In this document: positions 46,328-55,918 of the stretch, in pieces
Layout of the letters: each line of letters begins with the position of its first letter
Position numbering within the stretch: the stretch's first letter is position 1
Source: Lachnospiraceae bacterium
GTDB lineage: Bacteria; Bacillota; Clostridia; Lachnospirales; Lachnospiraceae
Assembly: GCA_017472325.1 (NCBI GenBank)
Contig: JAFUQM010000058.1
Span: forward strand, 6,003 to 70,002
Direction: 5' to 3'
DNA: 64,000 nucleotides
The notes under the pieces: generated by a model
Databases searched by the model: none
The model's input: only the letters and a program-made list of their open reading frames with translations
Told to the model about the DNA's origin: nothing
Program-made: the position numbers and the translations under genes

Positions 46328-47998
46328 ATGAAGAAAAAGCAAATGATTGTATGTATACTTTGCCTAATGTTAGCAGGCTGTGGGCAAACGCGGGAAGTAG
46401 CAATACAAGAGGTAGATACGGAAAAGACAGCATTGGAAGAAAGGGCATTGCAAGAAAATTCATTGGAAGAGAGTGTATTGCAAGAGGAGAAGGTTGTCAT
46501 AGAAGGATATACTGAGGAAGGAACAGAATTTGATTCTATATTTGGACAAACTGAGTTGTTAACCTACAAATTTCAAATGCCAGAGATAGAGATGCAACAT
46601 GCAGAAGCGGAAGAATCTGTAAGATATTTCATCGAATATGAAAAAGAAATTTTTACAGAACAAAAAAGTTTTTATTATTGGGATGCAGATGAACTCTATC
46701 GGGGAAACCAAATGTATGAAGACGAAAGCTTTCCGTTACCAGCATATAGTTATGAGGTTGCCTATACGGTAACACAAAGTGATGAACGATATATCAGCCT
46801 CTTAAAACAGGAATACATATATTCTGGAGGTGCACACGGCAATAGTCTATATACTGGTATTGTATTGGATGCGCAGACGGGTGAAGTATTAGAATTAGAT
46901 GATTTTCTGCCGGGTTTAAAAAATGAACGAATCTATCTGGCGCAATATTTAGCGGAACAATTGGCTCCTAATATGGAAGGTTTATGGGAGAATTATGAGG
47001 ATATCGTTGTATATGATGTTTGCTATCAGCCGAATTTTTATATAGAAGGAGATGCATTGTGTTTTCCTTTTGATGCATATGAACTTGGCAGCTATGCTGC
47101 GGGTCCACAGTTTGCTCAGATACCACTTGAGAAACTGACAGATTTGGAAAATATGGTTTCTGACACAATACAGTCGCTCGTGTATGCGAAAAGATTAATG
47201 TTGCCAGAGGCGATGAATGGTTATCTTGTAGAAATTCCGGTAGAAAAAGTTGCGTATGCTGACCTGGATGGGGATGGAATAGAAGAGGAGATTTGGTTTC
47301 AGGCAGCGAAAGAGGAAGATCTTCCGCTCACACTAAATATTAATGGAATCGATTTTCCAATTTATGTAGATGCATGTATGGTCCAGGAGTATATAGGTTT
47401 GGTAGATATCAATGCTTCTGATGGAAAATATGAGTTGGCAGTATATGCAAATGGAATGAGTGACGATCCTGTGACAGCTTTTTATAGATATGCAGATGGA
47501 GGCTTGTGTGAAATAGGAAGAACGGAACATATCTTTGATAGAGCTGGAAGGATAGCAGGAGACAGCTATATTTTTGGAGATGGTCAGATTTATGGAAAAA
47601 GACGTACCTATTTACCGTTAGAGACAAGATGGGTGGATGAATATTGGACACTGATAGAGGAAACGGATACGCTTATTTGTGAAGGAAGGGACTATTATCC
47701 GTATGCTTCCAATCCTTATGGTGTAAGGCAGGCGGAATTTCCATACTGGCTGCATAACAGTCTTGTAGTGTATCAAGATATGTCAAGAGATTCAGATTAT
47801 TGTATTGTTAGTGGAGAGGGAAACCGTATTACCAAATTCATGGGCTCTGATGATAGGAATTGGCTGCAGGTAGAGATATTAACAGCCGATGGTCTTACGT
47901 GGGGGTGGATTTATGTGGATTCTATGATGGTAGAAGTAGAGCGGGATGTATATGAGAACGCATGGACAGTTATTGAAAACCTGTTTGCAGCAGGATGA
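46328..47998 (+). CDS. Lipoprotein with a DUF3298/DUF4163-like (RsiV/PdaC-type) domain and a C-terminal beta-rich region
   Basis: Lipobox LMLAGCG. The YIYSGGAHGN motif is characteristic of DUF3298. A short ALEE/LQEN/LEES repeat is present. Confidence 0.6.
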   Translation: MKKKQMIVCILCLMLAGCGQTREVAIQEVDTEKTALEERALQENSLEESVLQEEKVVIEGYTEEGTEFDSIFGQTELLTYKFQMPEIEMQHAEAEESVRYFIEYEKEIFTEQKSFYYWDADELYRGNQMYEDESFPLPAYSYEVAYTVTQSDERYISLLKQEYIYSGGAHGNSLYTGIVLDAQTGEVLELDDFLPGLKNERIYLAQYLAEQLAPNMEGLWENYEDIVVYDVCYQPNFYIEGDALCFPFDAYELGSYAAGPQFAQIPLEKLTDLENMVSDTIQSLVYAKRLMLPEAMNGYLVEIPVEKVAYADLDGDGIEEEIWFQAAKEEDLPLTLNINGIDFPIYVDACMVQEYIGLVDINASDGKYELAVYANGMSDDPVTAFYRYADGGLCEIGRTEHIFDRAGRIAGDSYIFGDGQIYGKRRTYLPLETRWVDEYWTLIEETDTLICEGRDYYPYASNPYGVRQAEFPYWLHNSLVVYQDMSRDSDYCIVSGEGNRITKFMGSDDRNWLQVEILTADGLTWGWIYVDSMMVEVERDVYENAWTVIENLFAAG

Positions 47999-48171
47999 GG
48001 TGTTTGATAAAGAATGGAAGGTAACCATATAAAGGTGCATTAGAGTCATTAGCAGGTGCATGGGGTTTTTAGGTGCTAATTTCAAATACATGGTTATTGA
48101 ATTTTATGAATATACAGTATAATAGAGTAAGAAAGTACGTAAGATAATACGGAAGTTGTTGGAGGTATCTT

Positions 48172-48520
48172 ATGGGAGAATATACACCACCTTTTATAAT
48201 TACAAATGAGATATTGTCGTATGTGTCATCTATTTCAGAGAAGGTTGGTCGTATTTTGGCTATCAGTAATTTAGAATCGAAACCTCATTTGAGAAGAAAT
48301 AACAGAATTAAGTCTATTCATTCATCCTTTTGCTGATGGAAATGGCAGAATGGCTAGATTGTGGCATACAGCAATGCTTGCAAAGTGGAAACCTGTGTTT
48401 GAATATATTCCGATAGAGAGCCAGATAGAGAAATTTCAAAATGAATACTATGAGGCGATTGCGCGGTGTCATGTGGAAGGGGAATTTACTCTTTTCATAG
48501 CGTTTATGTATTTTCAATAT
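48172..48520 (+). pseudogene. Fic-domain gene remnant (internal deletion plus frameshift)
   Basis: The N-terminal frame reads MGEYTPPFIITNEIL...RRNNRIKSIHSSFC*. The Fic motif HPFADGNGRMARLW continues in a different frame (ORF from 48350). The roughly 100 aa that normally separate these segments are missing. Confidence 0.6.
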
Positions 48521-48639
48521 ATACCTAACGACACGCTGAAATGGTTGAAAAATTCAAGGCTTTATGGTAGTATAGATGAGATATTTGAAGTTTCCTTCTC
48601 TAAGCTACAGCCTAGAAAGGAGCCACAAATGGGGAAATC

Positions 48640-48877
48640 CCTTCATGGTAAAGAATTGCAGAAGTATGTGGCAAAGCAAATCAATACCAAGGTCATCCAA
48701 GAGGAGCAAAAGGAACGCCGGGTACTTACTGTCAGAGAAACGGAGCTTTTTCTAAAGCAAGCAGAATTGAGTATTTATTATAATCTCTTTATTGTGGCAT
48801 TGGAAACAGGAAATCGAATTGAAAGGCAGAAAGACTTTCGAGGAGTACGAAAATCTGGTGTTTGTTACAAAGAATAA
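48640..48877 (+). pseudogene. Possible tyrosine-recombinase (integrase) fragment
   Basis: RVLTVRETELFLKQAELSIYYNLFIVALETGNRI resembles the start of an integrase catalytic domain (L..E...L......alaTG.R..E). The His/Tyr part is missing, and the fragment is fused in frame to the Fic remnant. Confidence 0.35.
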
Positions 48878-48906
48878 CAGACCGACAAAACAAGGAGGAT
48901 TACAAT

Positions 48907-49584
48907 ATGGAAGCTTACAAACAGGAATTTATAGAATTTATGGTAGACAGCCAGGTGTTAAAATTTGGTGAATTTACATTAAAGAGTGGAAGAAAATCCC
49001 CTTTCTTTATGAATGCAGGTGCTTATGTAACAGGTGCACAGCTTAAAAAATTGGGTGAATATTATGCAAAAGCAATTCATGATACATATGGTGATGATTT
49101 TGATGTTTTATTTGGACCAGCATATAAAGGAATTCCATTAAGTGTTGCGACAACGATTGCATATAGTGAGTTATATGGCAAAGAAATCAGATACTGCTCT
49201 AACAGAAAAGAGGAAAAAGACCACGGCGATACAGGTATTCTGTTAGGAAGTAAGTTAAAAGATGGTGATAGAGTTGTTATCATTGAAGATGTTACAACAT
49301 CTGGTAAATCCATCGAAGAAACATTCCCGATTATCAAGGCACAGGCAGATGTAGAAATCGTAGGTCTGATGGTTTCTTTAAATCGTATGGAAGTAGGAAA
49401 AGGTGGCAGCAAGAGCGCACTTGATGAGATTAAAGAACTGTATGGTTTTGATGCAAATGCAATCGTATCAATGGCAGAAGTAACAGAATATTTGTATAAT
49501 AAGCCATATAAAGGCAATATTTATATCGATGATACAATCAAAGCGGCGATAGATTCTTATTATGAACAGTATGGTGCAAAATAG
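48907..49584 (+). CDS. pyrE: Orotate phosphoribosyltransferase
   Basis: Start at MEAYKQEFIEF (ATG 48907), behind AAGGAGG. PRPP-binding loop VVIIEDVTTSGKS. Confidence 0.9.
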   Translation: MEAYKQEFIEFMVDSQVLKFGEFTLKSGRKSPFFMNAGAYVTGAQLKKLGEYYAKAIHDTYGDDFDVLFGPAYKGIPLSVATTIAYSELYGKEIRYCSNRKEEKDHGDTGILLGSKLKDGDRVVIIEDVTTSGKSIEETFPIIKAQADVEIVGLMVSLNRMEVGKGGSKSALDEIKELYGFDANAIVSMAEVTEYLYNKPYKGNIYIDDTIKAAIDSYYEQYGAK

Positions 49585-49595
49585 GAGGGGTATAG

Positions 49596-49748
49596 ATGGA
49601 AGAAAAGTTATATAAAACTTTGAACGGCTCAGGTGCACTTAACATTACAATTGGTGTCATTGCTATTGTTGCAGGTGTGGCAGCAGGCATCTTACTTATC
49701 ATTTCGGGCGCGAAATTATTGTCTGGAAAGTCTAAAATATTATTTTAA
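49596..49748 (+). CDS. Small (50 aa) single-pass membrane protein
   Basis: The ATG lies 6 nt after AGGAGGGG. A hydrophobic core ITIGVIAIVAGVAAGILLIISG is present. A hairpin follows at 49753-49784. Confidence 0.5.
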   Translation: MEEKLYKTLNGSGALNITIGVIAIVAGVAAGILLIISGAKLLSGKSKILF

Positions 49749-49752
49749 CCAT

Positions 49753-49784
49753 AAATGGGCATTCTTATATAAGAATGCCCATTT
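49753..49784 (+). terminator. Hairpin after the pyrE/small-ORF unit
   Basis: AAATGGGCATTCTTATATAAGAATGCCCATTT is a perfect 14-bp stem. The T-tract is weak. Confidence 0.55.
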
Positions 49785-49810
49785 AGTGTAGGAAGGATAT
49801 TGTTAATTCC

Positions 49811-50128
49811 ATGAGAAATAGAAAATCATATATATATACGAATAAAACCCATTCACAGAAGTCATTGATGTCAACTGTGTTTGGAATACTTGGGCTGGTC
49901 ACCATTATACTGGCGTTACATTTTACATTTCTGGCAAAAGGGGTAGCAAGTGCGAGATATGGCATTGCAGGATTATTATCGTGTATCTTTGCATTGACAG
50001 GGATGATACTTGGTGTGATGGCGCGGATGGAAGAAGATAAATATTATCTGTTTGCGTACATAGGAATGACATGCAATTTCCTAGTACTAGCGGGAGATGT
50101 GGCGTTGCTTTTGTTAGGAATTTTATAA
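49811..50128 (+). CDS. Small membrane protein (about 3 TM), unknown function
   Basis: Three hydrophobic segments. The RBS spacing is poor, so the true start may be internal. Confidence 0.45.
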   Translation: MRNRKSYIYTNKTHSQKSLMSTVFGILGLVTIILALHFTFLAKGVASARYGIAGLLSCIFALTGMILGVMARMEEDKYYLFAYIGMTCNFLVLAGDVALLLLGIL

Positions 50129-50144
50129 TAGAAAGGCAGGAATT

Positions 50145-52265
50145 ATGATGCAGGATAACAAAATGGACACGGCGTTTATAGAAGAACGTTATGAGCTTTC
50201 AGAAGACAGAATCAAAGAAATAGCAGAAATAAATATAAATAGTTTGGCCGATGAAAATGTATCGGTACAGCTGCCAGAAAACTATCATATGTATTTTAAA
50301 CGTGTTGCAGAATTTATTTGTATGCTCATGGAGGAATATACATGGGTGGCAGATGGTAGTATGCGGACGGCAGAACTGGAAGAATTAAAGGAACATAACC
50401 ATAAATTGTACGAAGATATTTTACCCAAGCAGTATGAGAAAAGTTATGCGAATCCAGCATATGCAGTTGCGGTTTTTGGAGAAGACTATGGAAGACTATT
50501 ATCTTTTCTATATACAGAAATGCGCAGTCTGATTGTATACGCATATGAGCAGAAGAAGGAAGATATGCTGATTCGTATAGAACTGTTTTTAGAGGTGTAC
50601 CAGGCATTTACATCTGCCTATGAGGAGACGGGAAAGCAGCCTGAATTTCAGGAATTACAACAGATTATTTACTGGTTTGTCAGTGATTATTCTGAGACAC
50701 AGATTGAAGAACGAGTAAGGGAACAGCTTGACCCAACGGCAGATTTTGCTACAGCTATTATCAAAGAAAGCAAAGGGGAAGATTTACGTTATCTTTACTA
50801 TTTTGGAGAATATATTACAGAAAATGAGCTGCGTACTGCAAAACACATCTGGAGTCTTTCAGAAGAAAAACTTGCGCTGATGGCGGATACTTTTACAGAA
50901 GGCTACCGTATCGGATTTGTTGTAGGGGGCAAAGATTTGTCCAAGAAAAAAGTAGTTAACATTCGATATACACTTGGATTTGAACGTATGATGAAAAGAG
51001 CAATTGATAACTTTGCACATATGGGATTGCAGCCAACGATTTATCGTGCAGCACCAAGTTTATTTCATAGAAGAGGCACACATCTGATTGGTTATTTTGG
51101 CGCCATTCCAAATAAACAGTATCAATATGACCATAAGGAGGATGAAGCTCTTTATTTTGATAAAATGTTTATGAATCGCAGATTAGAAGTACTAAAAGCA
51201 GCGTATGAACAATACAAAGAACTTGCTTATGTACATGCAGGACCTGCTTGTCTGGATGTTTTTGGTGAAACACCATTTGCGCCCCAGAGCAAAACAGAAG
51301 CGTATACGTTAACGCAAGAACAGCAGAAATTGTCTGTTGCATATGCTTCTGCCTCTGGACAGTTGGTAAATGAATATATCAAAGGGGAAGAAAGAAGTTT
51401 TACAATTATAGCCTTTCCAGTACCAGAAATTGGTGATAATTACGAAGAGATTTTTGATGAAGTCATCCGTATTAATACATTGGATTATAAATTGTATCAG
51501 AATATTCAGCAGACAATAATTGATACTCTCGACAAAGCTGAAAAAGTGCATATAAAAGGATGTGGCAGTAACTGCACAGATTTAACGGTTGCGCTTTACC
51601 ATCTTGCAAATCCGGAAAAAGAAACAATTTTTGAAAACTGTGTCGCTGATGTTAACATTCCAGTTGGTGAAGTATTTACTTCGCCGGTACTAGAAGGAAC
51701 AAATGGTACACTTTATGTCAGCAAAGTATTTTTAAATGAACTCGAATATCGTGATTTAAAAATTGTACTGCAGGACGGTATGGTGACCGATTACAGTTGT
51801 AGCAATTTTGAAAATGATGCAGATGGCAAGAAATATATTAAAGATAATATTTTATATCATCATGATACATTGCCGCTCGGTGAATTTGCGATTGGCACAA
51901 ATACAACCGCATATGTTGTGTCCAAACGTTACGATATTGCCGACAAACTTCCGATTTTAATTGCAGAAAAAATGGGACCTCATTTTGCACTGGGGGATAC
52001 TTGTTATTCACATTCTGAGGAAGTTCGTGTTTACAATCCAGATGGCAAAGAGATTGTGGCAAAAGACAATACTTGTTCTTTGAAACGCAATGAAGATATG
52101 TCAAAAGCATACTTCAACTGTCACACAGATATTACCATTCCCTATGATGAACTCGGGGAACTTTGTGCAATACAAGGGGATGGTACTAGAATACCAATTA
52201 TTGAAAATGGCCGATTTGTGTTGGCGGGCTGCGAGGAATTGAATAAACCATTTGAAATGAATTGA
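50145..52265 (+). CDS. Putative aminopeptidase, M29 (AmpS/PepS)-like C-terminal half with a long N-terminal extension
   Basis: The C-terminal blocks PVGEVFTSP, GEFAIGTN and GPHFALGD resemble the thermophilic metalloprotease M29 family as I recall it. I do not recognise the N-terminal ~300 aa. Confidence 0.5.
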   Translation: MMQDNKMDTAFIEERYELSEDRIKEIAEININSLADENVSVQLPENYHMYFKRVAEFICMLMEEYTWVADGSMRTAELEELKEHNHKLYEDILPKQYEKSYANPAYAVAVFGEDYGRLLSFLYTEMRSLIVYAYEQKKEDMLIRIELFLEVYQAFTSAYEETGKQPEFQELQQIIYWFVSDYSETQIEERVREQLDPTADFATAIIKESKGEDLRYLYYFGEYITENELRTAKHIWSLSEEKLALMADTFTEGYRIGFVVGGKDLSKKKVVNIRYTLGFERMMKRAIDNFAHMGLQPTIYRAAPSLFHRRGTHLIGYFGAIPNKQYQYDHKEDEALYFDKMFMNRRLEVLKAAYEQYKELAYVHAGPACLDVFGETPFAPQSKTEAYTLTQEQQKLSVAYASASGQLVNEYIKGEERSFTIIAFPVPEIGDNYEEIFDEVIRINTLDYKLYQNIQQTIIDTLDKAEKVHIKGCGSNCTDLTVALYHLANPEKETIFENCVADVNIPVGEVFTSPVLEGTNGTLYVSKVFLNELEYRDLKIVLQDGMVTDYSCSNFENDADGKKYIKDNILYHHDTLPLGEFAIGTNTTAYVVSKRYDIADKLPILIAEKMGPHFALGDTCYSHSEEVRVYNPDGKEIVAKDNTCSLKRNEDMSKAYFNCHTDITIPYDELGELCAIQGDGTRIPIIENGRFVLAGCEELNKPFEMN

Positions 52266-52395
52266 GAGTGATGTTATCGACAATTTATTTTATAAAACCT
52301 GCAAAACTGTATTGCACGTAACTAAAAATTTTAGTACACTAATGACAGAATGTGACTATAAGTACGAGCGTAAACGCTTCGGAATGGAGGAAATT

Positions 52396-52896
52396 ATGGC
52401 AACAGTAGGAATTGTAATGGGCAGCGATTCAGATATGCCTGTTATGTCAAAAGCAGCAGATATTTTAGAAGAACTTGGAATTTCATATGAGATGAAAATT
52501 ATTTCCGCTCACAGAGAGCCGGATGTATTTTTTGAATATGCAAAAACAGCAGAGGAGAAAGGCTTCAAAGTTATTATTGCAGGTGCAGGCATGGCAGCGC
52601 ATCTTCCAGGTATGTGTGCAGCAATCTTCCCGATGCCAGTCATCGGTATTCCAATGCATACAACATCACTTGGTGGCAGAGATTCTCTTTATTCTATCGT
52701 ACAGATGCCATCTGGTATTCCTGTGGCAACAGTGGCCATCAATGGAGGTGCCAATGCTGGACTTTTGGCAGCTAAAATTCTTGCAACTTCAGATGCTCAG
52801 CTTTTGGACAAATTGAAAGCGTATTCTGCAAAGTTAAAAGATCAGGTAGTGGCAAAGGATGCACGACTTCAAGAAGTTGGATACAAAAACTATTAA
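52396..52896 (+). CDS. purE: 5-(carboxyamino)imidazole ribonucleotide mutase
   Basis: Start at MATVGIVMGSDSD (ATG 52396), behind GGAGG. SAHR and AGGAAHLPG-type motifs are present. Confidence 0.9.
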   Translation: MATVGIVMGSDSDMPVMSKAADILEELGISYEMKIISAHREPDVFFEYAKTAEEKGFKVIIAGAGMAAHLPGMCAAIFPMPVIGIPMHTTSLGGRDSLYSIVQMPSGIPVATVAINGGANAGLLAAKILATSDAQLLDKLKAYSAKLKDQVVAKDARLQEVGYKNY

Positions 52897-52928
52897 TATA
52901 AACATGAGATAAAGAAAGGAATTTTAAA

Positions 52929-53954
52929 ATGGATTACAAGAAATCTGGTGTAGATATTGAAGCTGGTTACAAATCAGTAGAATTAATGAAAGAACACGTA
53001 AAAGCAACTATGAGACCAGAAGTATTAGGCGGTCTTGGTGGATTTTCAGGTGCATTTTCTCTTGAGAAAATAAAAAATATGGAAAATCCTACTTTAGTAT
53101 CTGGTACAGACGGATGTGGTACCAAAGTAAAACTTGCTTTTTTAATGGACAAGCATGATACAATCGGTATCGACTGTGTTGCTATGTGTGTAAATGATAT
53201 TGCATGTGCAGGCGGTGAACCGTTATTTTTCTTAGATTACATTGCATGTGGTAAGAACTATCCTGAGAAAATTGCAACTATCGTAAAAGGTGTTGCAGAA
53301 GGATGTATCCAGTCTGGAGCAGCGTTAATTGGTGGTGAAACAGCAGAGCATCCTGGTCTTATGCCAGAGGATGAATACGATTTGGCTGGTTTTGCTGTAG
53401 GTGTTGTAGACCAAAAAGATTTAATTACAGGAAAAGATTTAAAAGACGGAGATGTACTGATTGGTATTGCATCCTCAGGGGTACATAGCAATGGATTTTC
53501 TCTTGTACGTAAAGTATTCGAGATGACAAAAGAAAGTCTTGATACATATTATGATGAACTTGGAACAACACTTGGAGAGGCGTTGATTGCTCCAACAAGA
53601 ATTTATGTAAAAGCACTCAAGTCTATCAAAGAAGCAGGTGTAACAGTAAAAGCGTGTAGCCATATTACAGGTGGTGGCTTCTATGAGAACATTCCAAGAA
53701 TGCTTCCAGAAGGTATTCATGCTGTTGTGAAGAAAGATAGCTATGAAGTACCAGCTATTTTCAAATTGCTTCAGAAAACAGGCAATATTGCAGAAGAAAT
53801 GATGTATAACACATATAATATGGGACTTGGTATGATTGTTGCAGTAGACCCAGCAGACAAGGACAAAACTATGGAAGCAATCAAAGCAGCCGGAGATACA
53901 CCATATGTTGTAGGCTATACAGAAGCAGGAGAAAAAGGAGTTACATTATGCTAA
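52929..53954 (+). CDS. purM: Phosphoribosylformylglycinamidine cyclo-ligase
   Basis: Blocks [25 protein letters not shown] and GGETAE. Confidence 0.95.
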   Translation: MDYKKSGVDIEAGYKSVELMKEHVKATMRPEVLGGLGGFSGAFSLEKIKNMENPTLVSGTDGCGTKVKLAFLMDKHDTIGIDCVAMCVNDIACAGGEPLFFLDYIACGKNYPEKIATIVKGVAEGCIQSGAALIGGETAEHPGLMPEDEYDLAGFAVGVVDQKDLITGKDLKDGDVLIGIASSGVHSNGFSLVRKVFEMTKESLDTYYDELGTTLGEALIAPTRIYVKALKSIKEAGVTVKACSHITGGGFYENIPRMLPEGIHAVVKKDSYEVPAIFKLLQKTGNIAEEMMYNTYNMGLGMIVAVDPADKDKTMEAIKAAGDTPYVVGYTEAGEKGVTLC

Positions 53955-54574
53955 AAATTTTAGTATGTGTTTCTGGTGGTGGCACAAACCTGCAGGCAAT
54001 TATTGATGCAGTAGAAAATAAGCAGATTACCAATACGGAAATTGTCGGGGTAATCAGCAATAATGCGAATGCGTATGCACTTGAAAGAGCGAAAAATCAT
54101 AATATAAAGGCAGTTTGTGTATCGCCTAAGGATTATGCAGATAGAAGCTTATTCAATGATGCATTGCTTGAAACAGTGGATTCTTTTGCACCGGATTTGG
54201 TAGTGCTGGCAGGATTTTTGGTAGCAATTCCAGAAAAAATGGTACAGAAATATCCATATAAAATTATCAATATTCATCCATCACTGATTCCATCCTTCTG
54301 TGGTGTTGGCTATTATGGACTAAAAGTACATGAGAAAGCATTAGAACGTGGTGTTAAGATCACAGGTGCAACCGTACATTTTGTTGATGAAGGAACAGAT
54401 ACGGGGCTTATTATTATGCAAAAAGCTGTTTCCGTAGAAGATGGAGATACGCCAAAAGAACTGCAACAGCGTGTGATGGAACAGGCTGAATGGGTAATTT
54501 TGCCACGTGTCATTGATTTGATAGCGAATGATAAAGTAAACGTTTTGGACGGGAAAGTAGTTATAATGAAATAG
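53948..54574 (+). CDS. purN: Phosphoribosylglycinamide formyltransferase
   Basis: Blocks [19 protein letters not shown] and GATVHFV. It overlaps the end of purM. Confidence 0.9.
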   Translation: MLKILVCVSGGGTNLQAIIDAVENKQITNTEIVGVISNNANAYALERAKNHNIKAVCVSPKDYADRSLFNDALLETVDSFAPDLVVLAGFLVAIPEKMVQKYPYKIINIHPSLIPSFCGVGYYGLKVHEKALERGVKITGATVHFVDEGTDTGLIIMQKAVSVEDGDTPKELQQRVMEQAEWVILPRVIDLIANDKVNVLDGKVVIMK

Positions 54575-54591
54575 AACAAAGGAGTCAGACT

Positions 54592-55866
54592 ATGAAAGTA
54601 TTAATCGTAGGAAGTGGCGGCAGAGAACATGCGATTGCAACAAGTGTTGCAAAGAGCAGCCACGTAGACAAAATATATTGTGCGCCGGGTAATGCAGGAA
54701 TTGGACTCATTGCGGAATGCGTTCCAATCGGTGCAATGGAGTTTGATAAAATTGTAGCATTTGCAAAAGAAAAAGAAATCGACCTGACCATTGTAGGTAT
54801 GGATGACCCACTGGTTGGTGGTCTGATTGATGAGCTGGAAAATGCAGGGCTTCGTGCGTTTGGACCAAAGAAAAACGCAGCAATTCTTGAGGGGAGTAAA
54901 GCCTTTTCTAAAGATTTGATGAAGAAATATAACATTCCAACAGCAGCATATGAAAATTTTGATAATGCGGATGATGCGATTGCATACTTAGAAACAGCAA
55001 ACCTGCCAATTGTATTGAAGGCAGATGGTCTGGCACTTGGAAAGGGCGTATTAATCTGCAATACACTGGAAGAGGCAAAAGAGGGTGTAAAATCCATCAT
55101 GCTTGACAAGCAGTTTGGCAGTGCAGGTAACCGCCTTGTGATTGAAGAATTTATGACAGGACGTGAGGTTTCTGTTCTATCTTATGTAGATGGAAAGACA
55201 ATTAAAACAATGACTTCAGCACAAGATCATAAGCGTGCGAAGGATGGGGATGAAGGACTAAATACTGGTGGTATGGGAACATTTTCGCCAAGTCCTTTCT
55301 ATACAGAAGAAGTAGATGCGTTCTGTAAGGAACATATCTATCAGGCAACAGTAGATGCTATGGCAGCCGAAGGCAGACCATTCAAAGGTATTATTTTCTT
55401 TGGACTGATGCTGACAGAAAAGGGACCAAGAGTATTGGAATACAATGCAAGATTCGGTGATCCAGAGGCACAGGTAGTATTGCCTAGAATGAAAAATGAT
55501 ATTATAGAAGTTATGAATGCTTGTATCGATGGTACATTAGATACAATTGATTTACAATTTGAAGATAATGCAGCAGTATGTGTTGTACTTGCTTCAGAGG
55601 GCTATCCAGTGCAGTATGAAAAAGGATTTGTGATCAAAGGTCTTGAGAACTTTGCGGATAACGAGGGATATTACTGCTTCCATGCAGGTACGAAGCAGAC
55701 GGATGCAGGCATTGTGACAAATGGCGGACGTGTACTTGGAATTACAGCTAAGGGTGCCAATTTGAAAGAGGCCAGAGCCAATGCATATGAAGCGACAAAA
55801 TGGGTAGAATTTGACAATAAATACATGAGAAACGATATCGGTAAAGCTATATTTGAAGCAGAGTAG
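54592..55866 (+). CDS. purD: Phosphoribosylamine--glycine ligase
   Basis: MKVLIVGSGGREHA start, an ATP-grasp fold and NARFGDPE. Confidence 0.95.
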   Translation: MKVLIVGSGGREHAIATSVAKSSHVDKIYCAPGNAGIGLIAECVPIGAMEFDKIVAFAKEKEIDLTIVGMDDPLVGGLIDELENAGLRAFGPKKNAAILEGSKAFSKDLMKKYNIPTAAYENFDNADDAIAYLETANLPIVLKADGLALGKGVLICNTLEEAKEGVKSIMLDKQFGSAGNRLVIEEFMTGREVSVLSYVDGKTIKTMTSAQDHKRAKDGDEGLNTGGMGTFSPSPFYTEEVDAFCKEHIYQATVDAMAAEGRPFKGIIFFGLMLTEKGPRVLEYNARFGDPEAQVVLPRMKNDIIEVMNACIDGTLDTIDLQFEDNAAVCVVLASEGYPVQYEKGFVIKGLENFADNEGYYCFHAGTKQTDAGIVTNGGRVLGITAKGANLKEARANAYEATKWVEFDNKYMRNDIGKAIFEAE

Positions 55867-55918
55867 TGGCAGAGTCAATATAGTGATAAGATGGCGTTAG
55901 TGTAATGGAGGACGTAAG

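Noticed and set aside
52266-52395. I expected a purine (guanine/adenine) riboswitch or PurR box upstream of purE.
   Set aside because: No purine-riboswitch core is recognisable (conserved junction residues around a three-way junction, UAUAAU...CUAC-type). I could not support a PurR-box call without a matrix scan.
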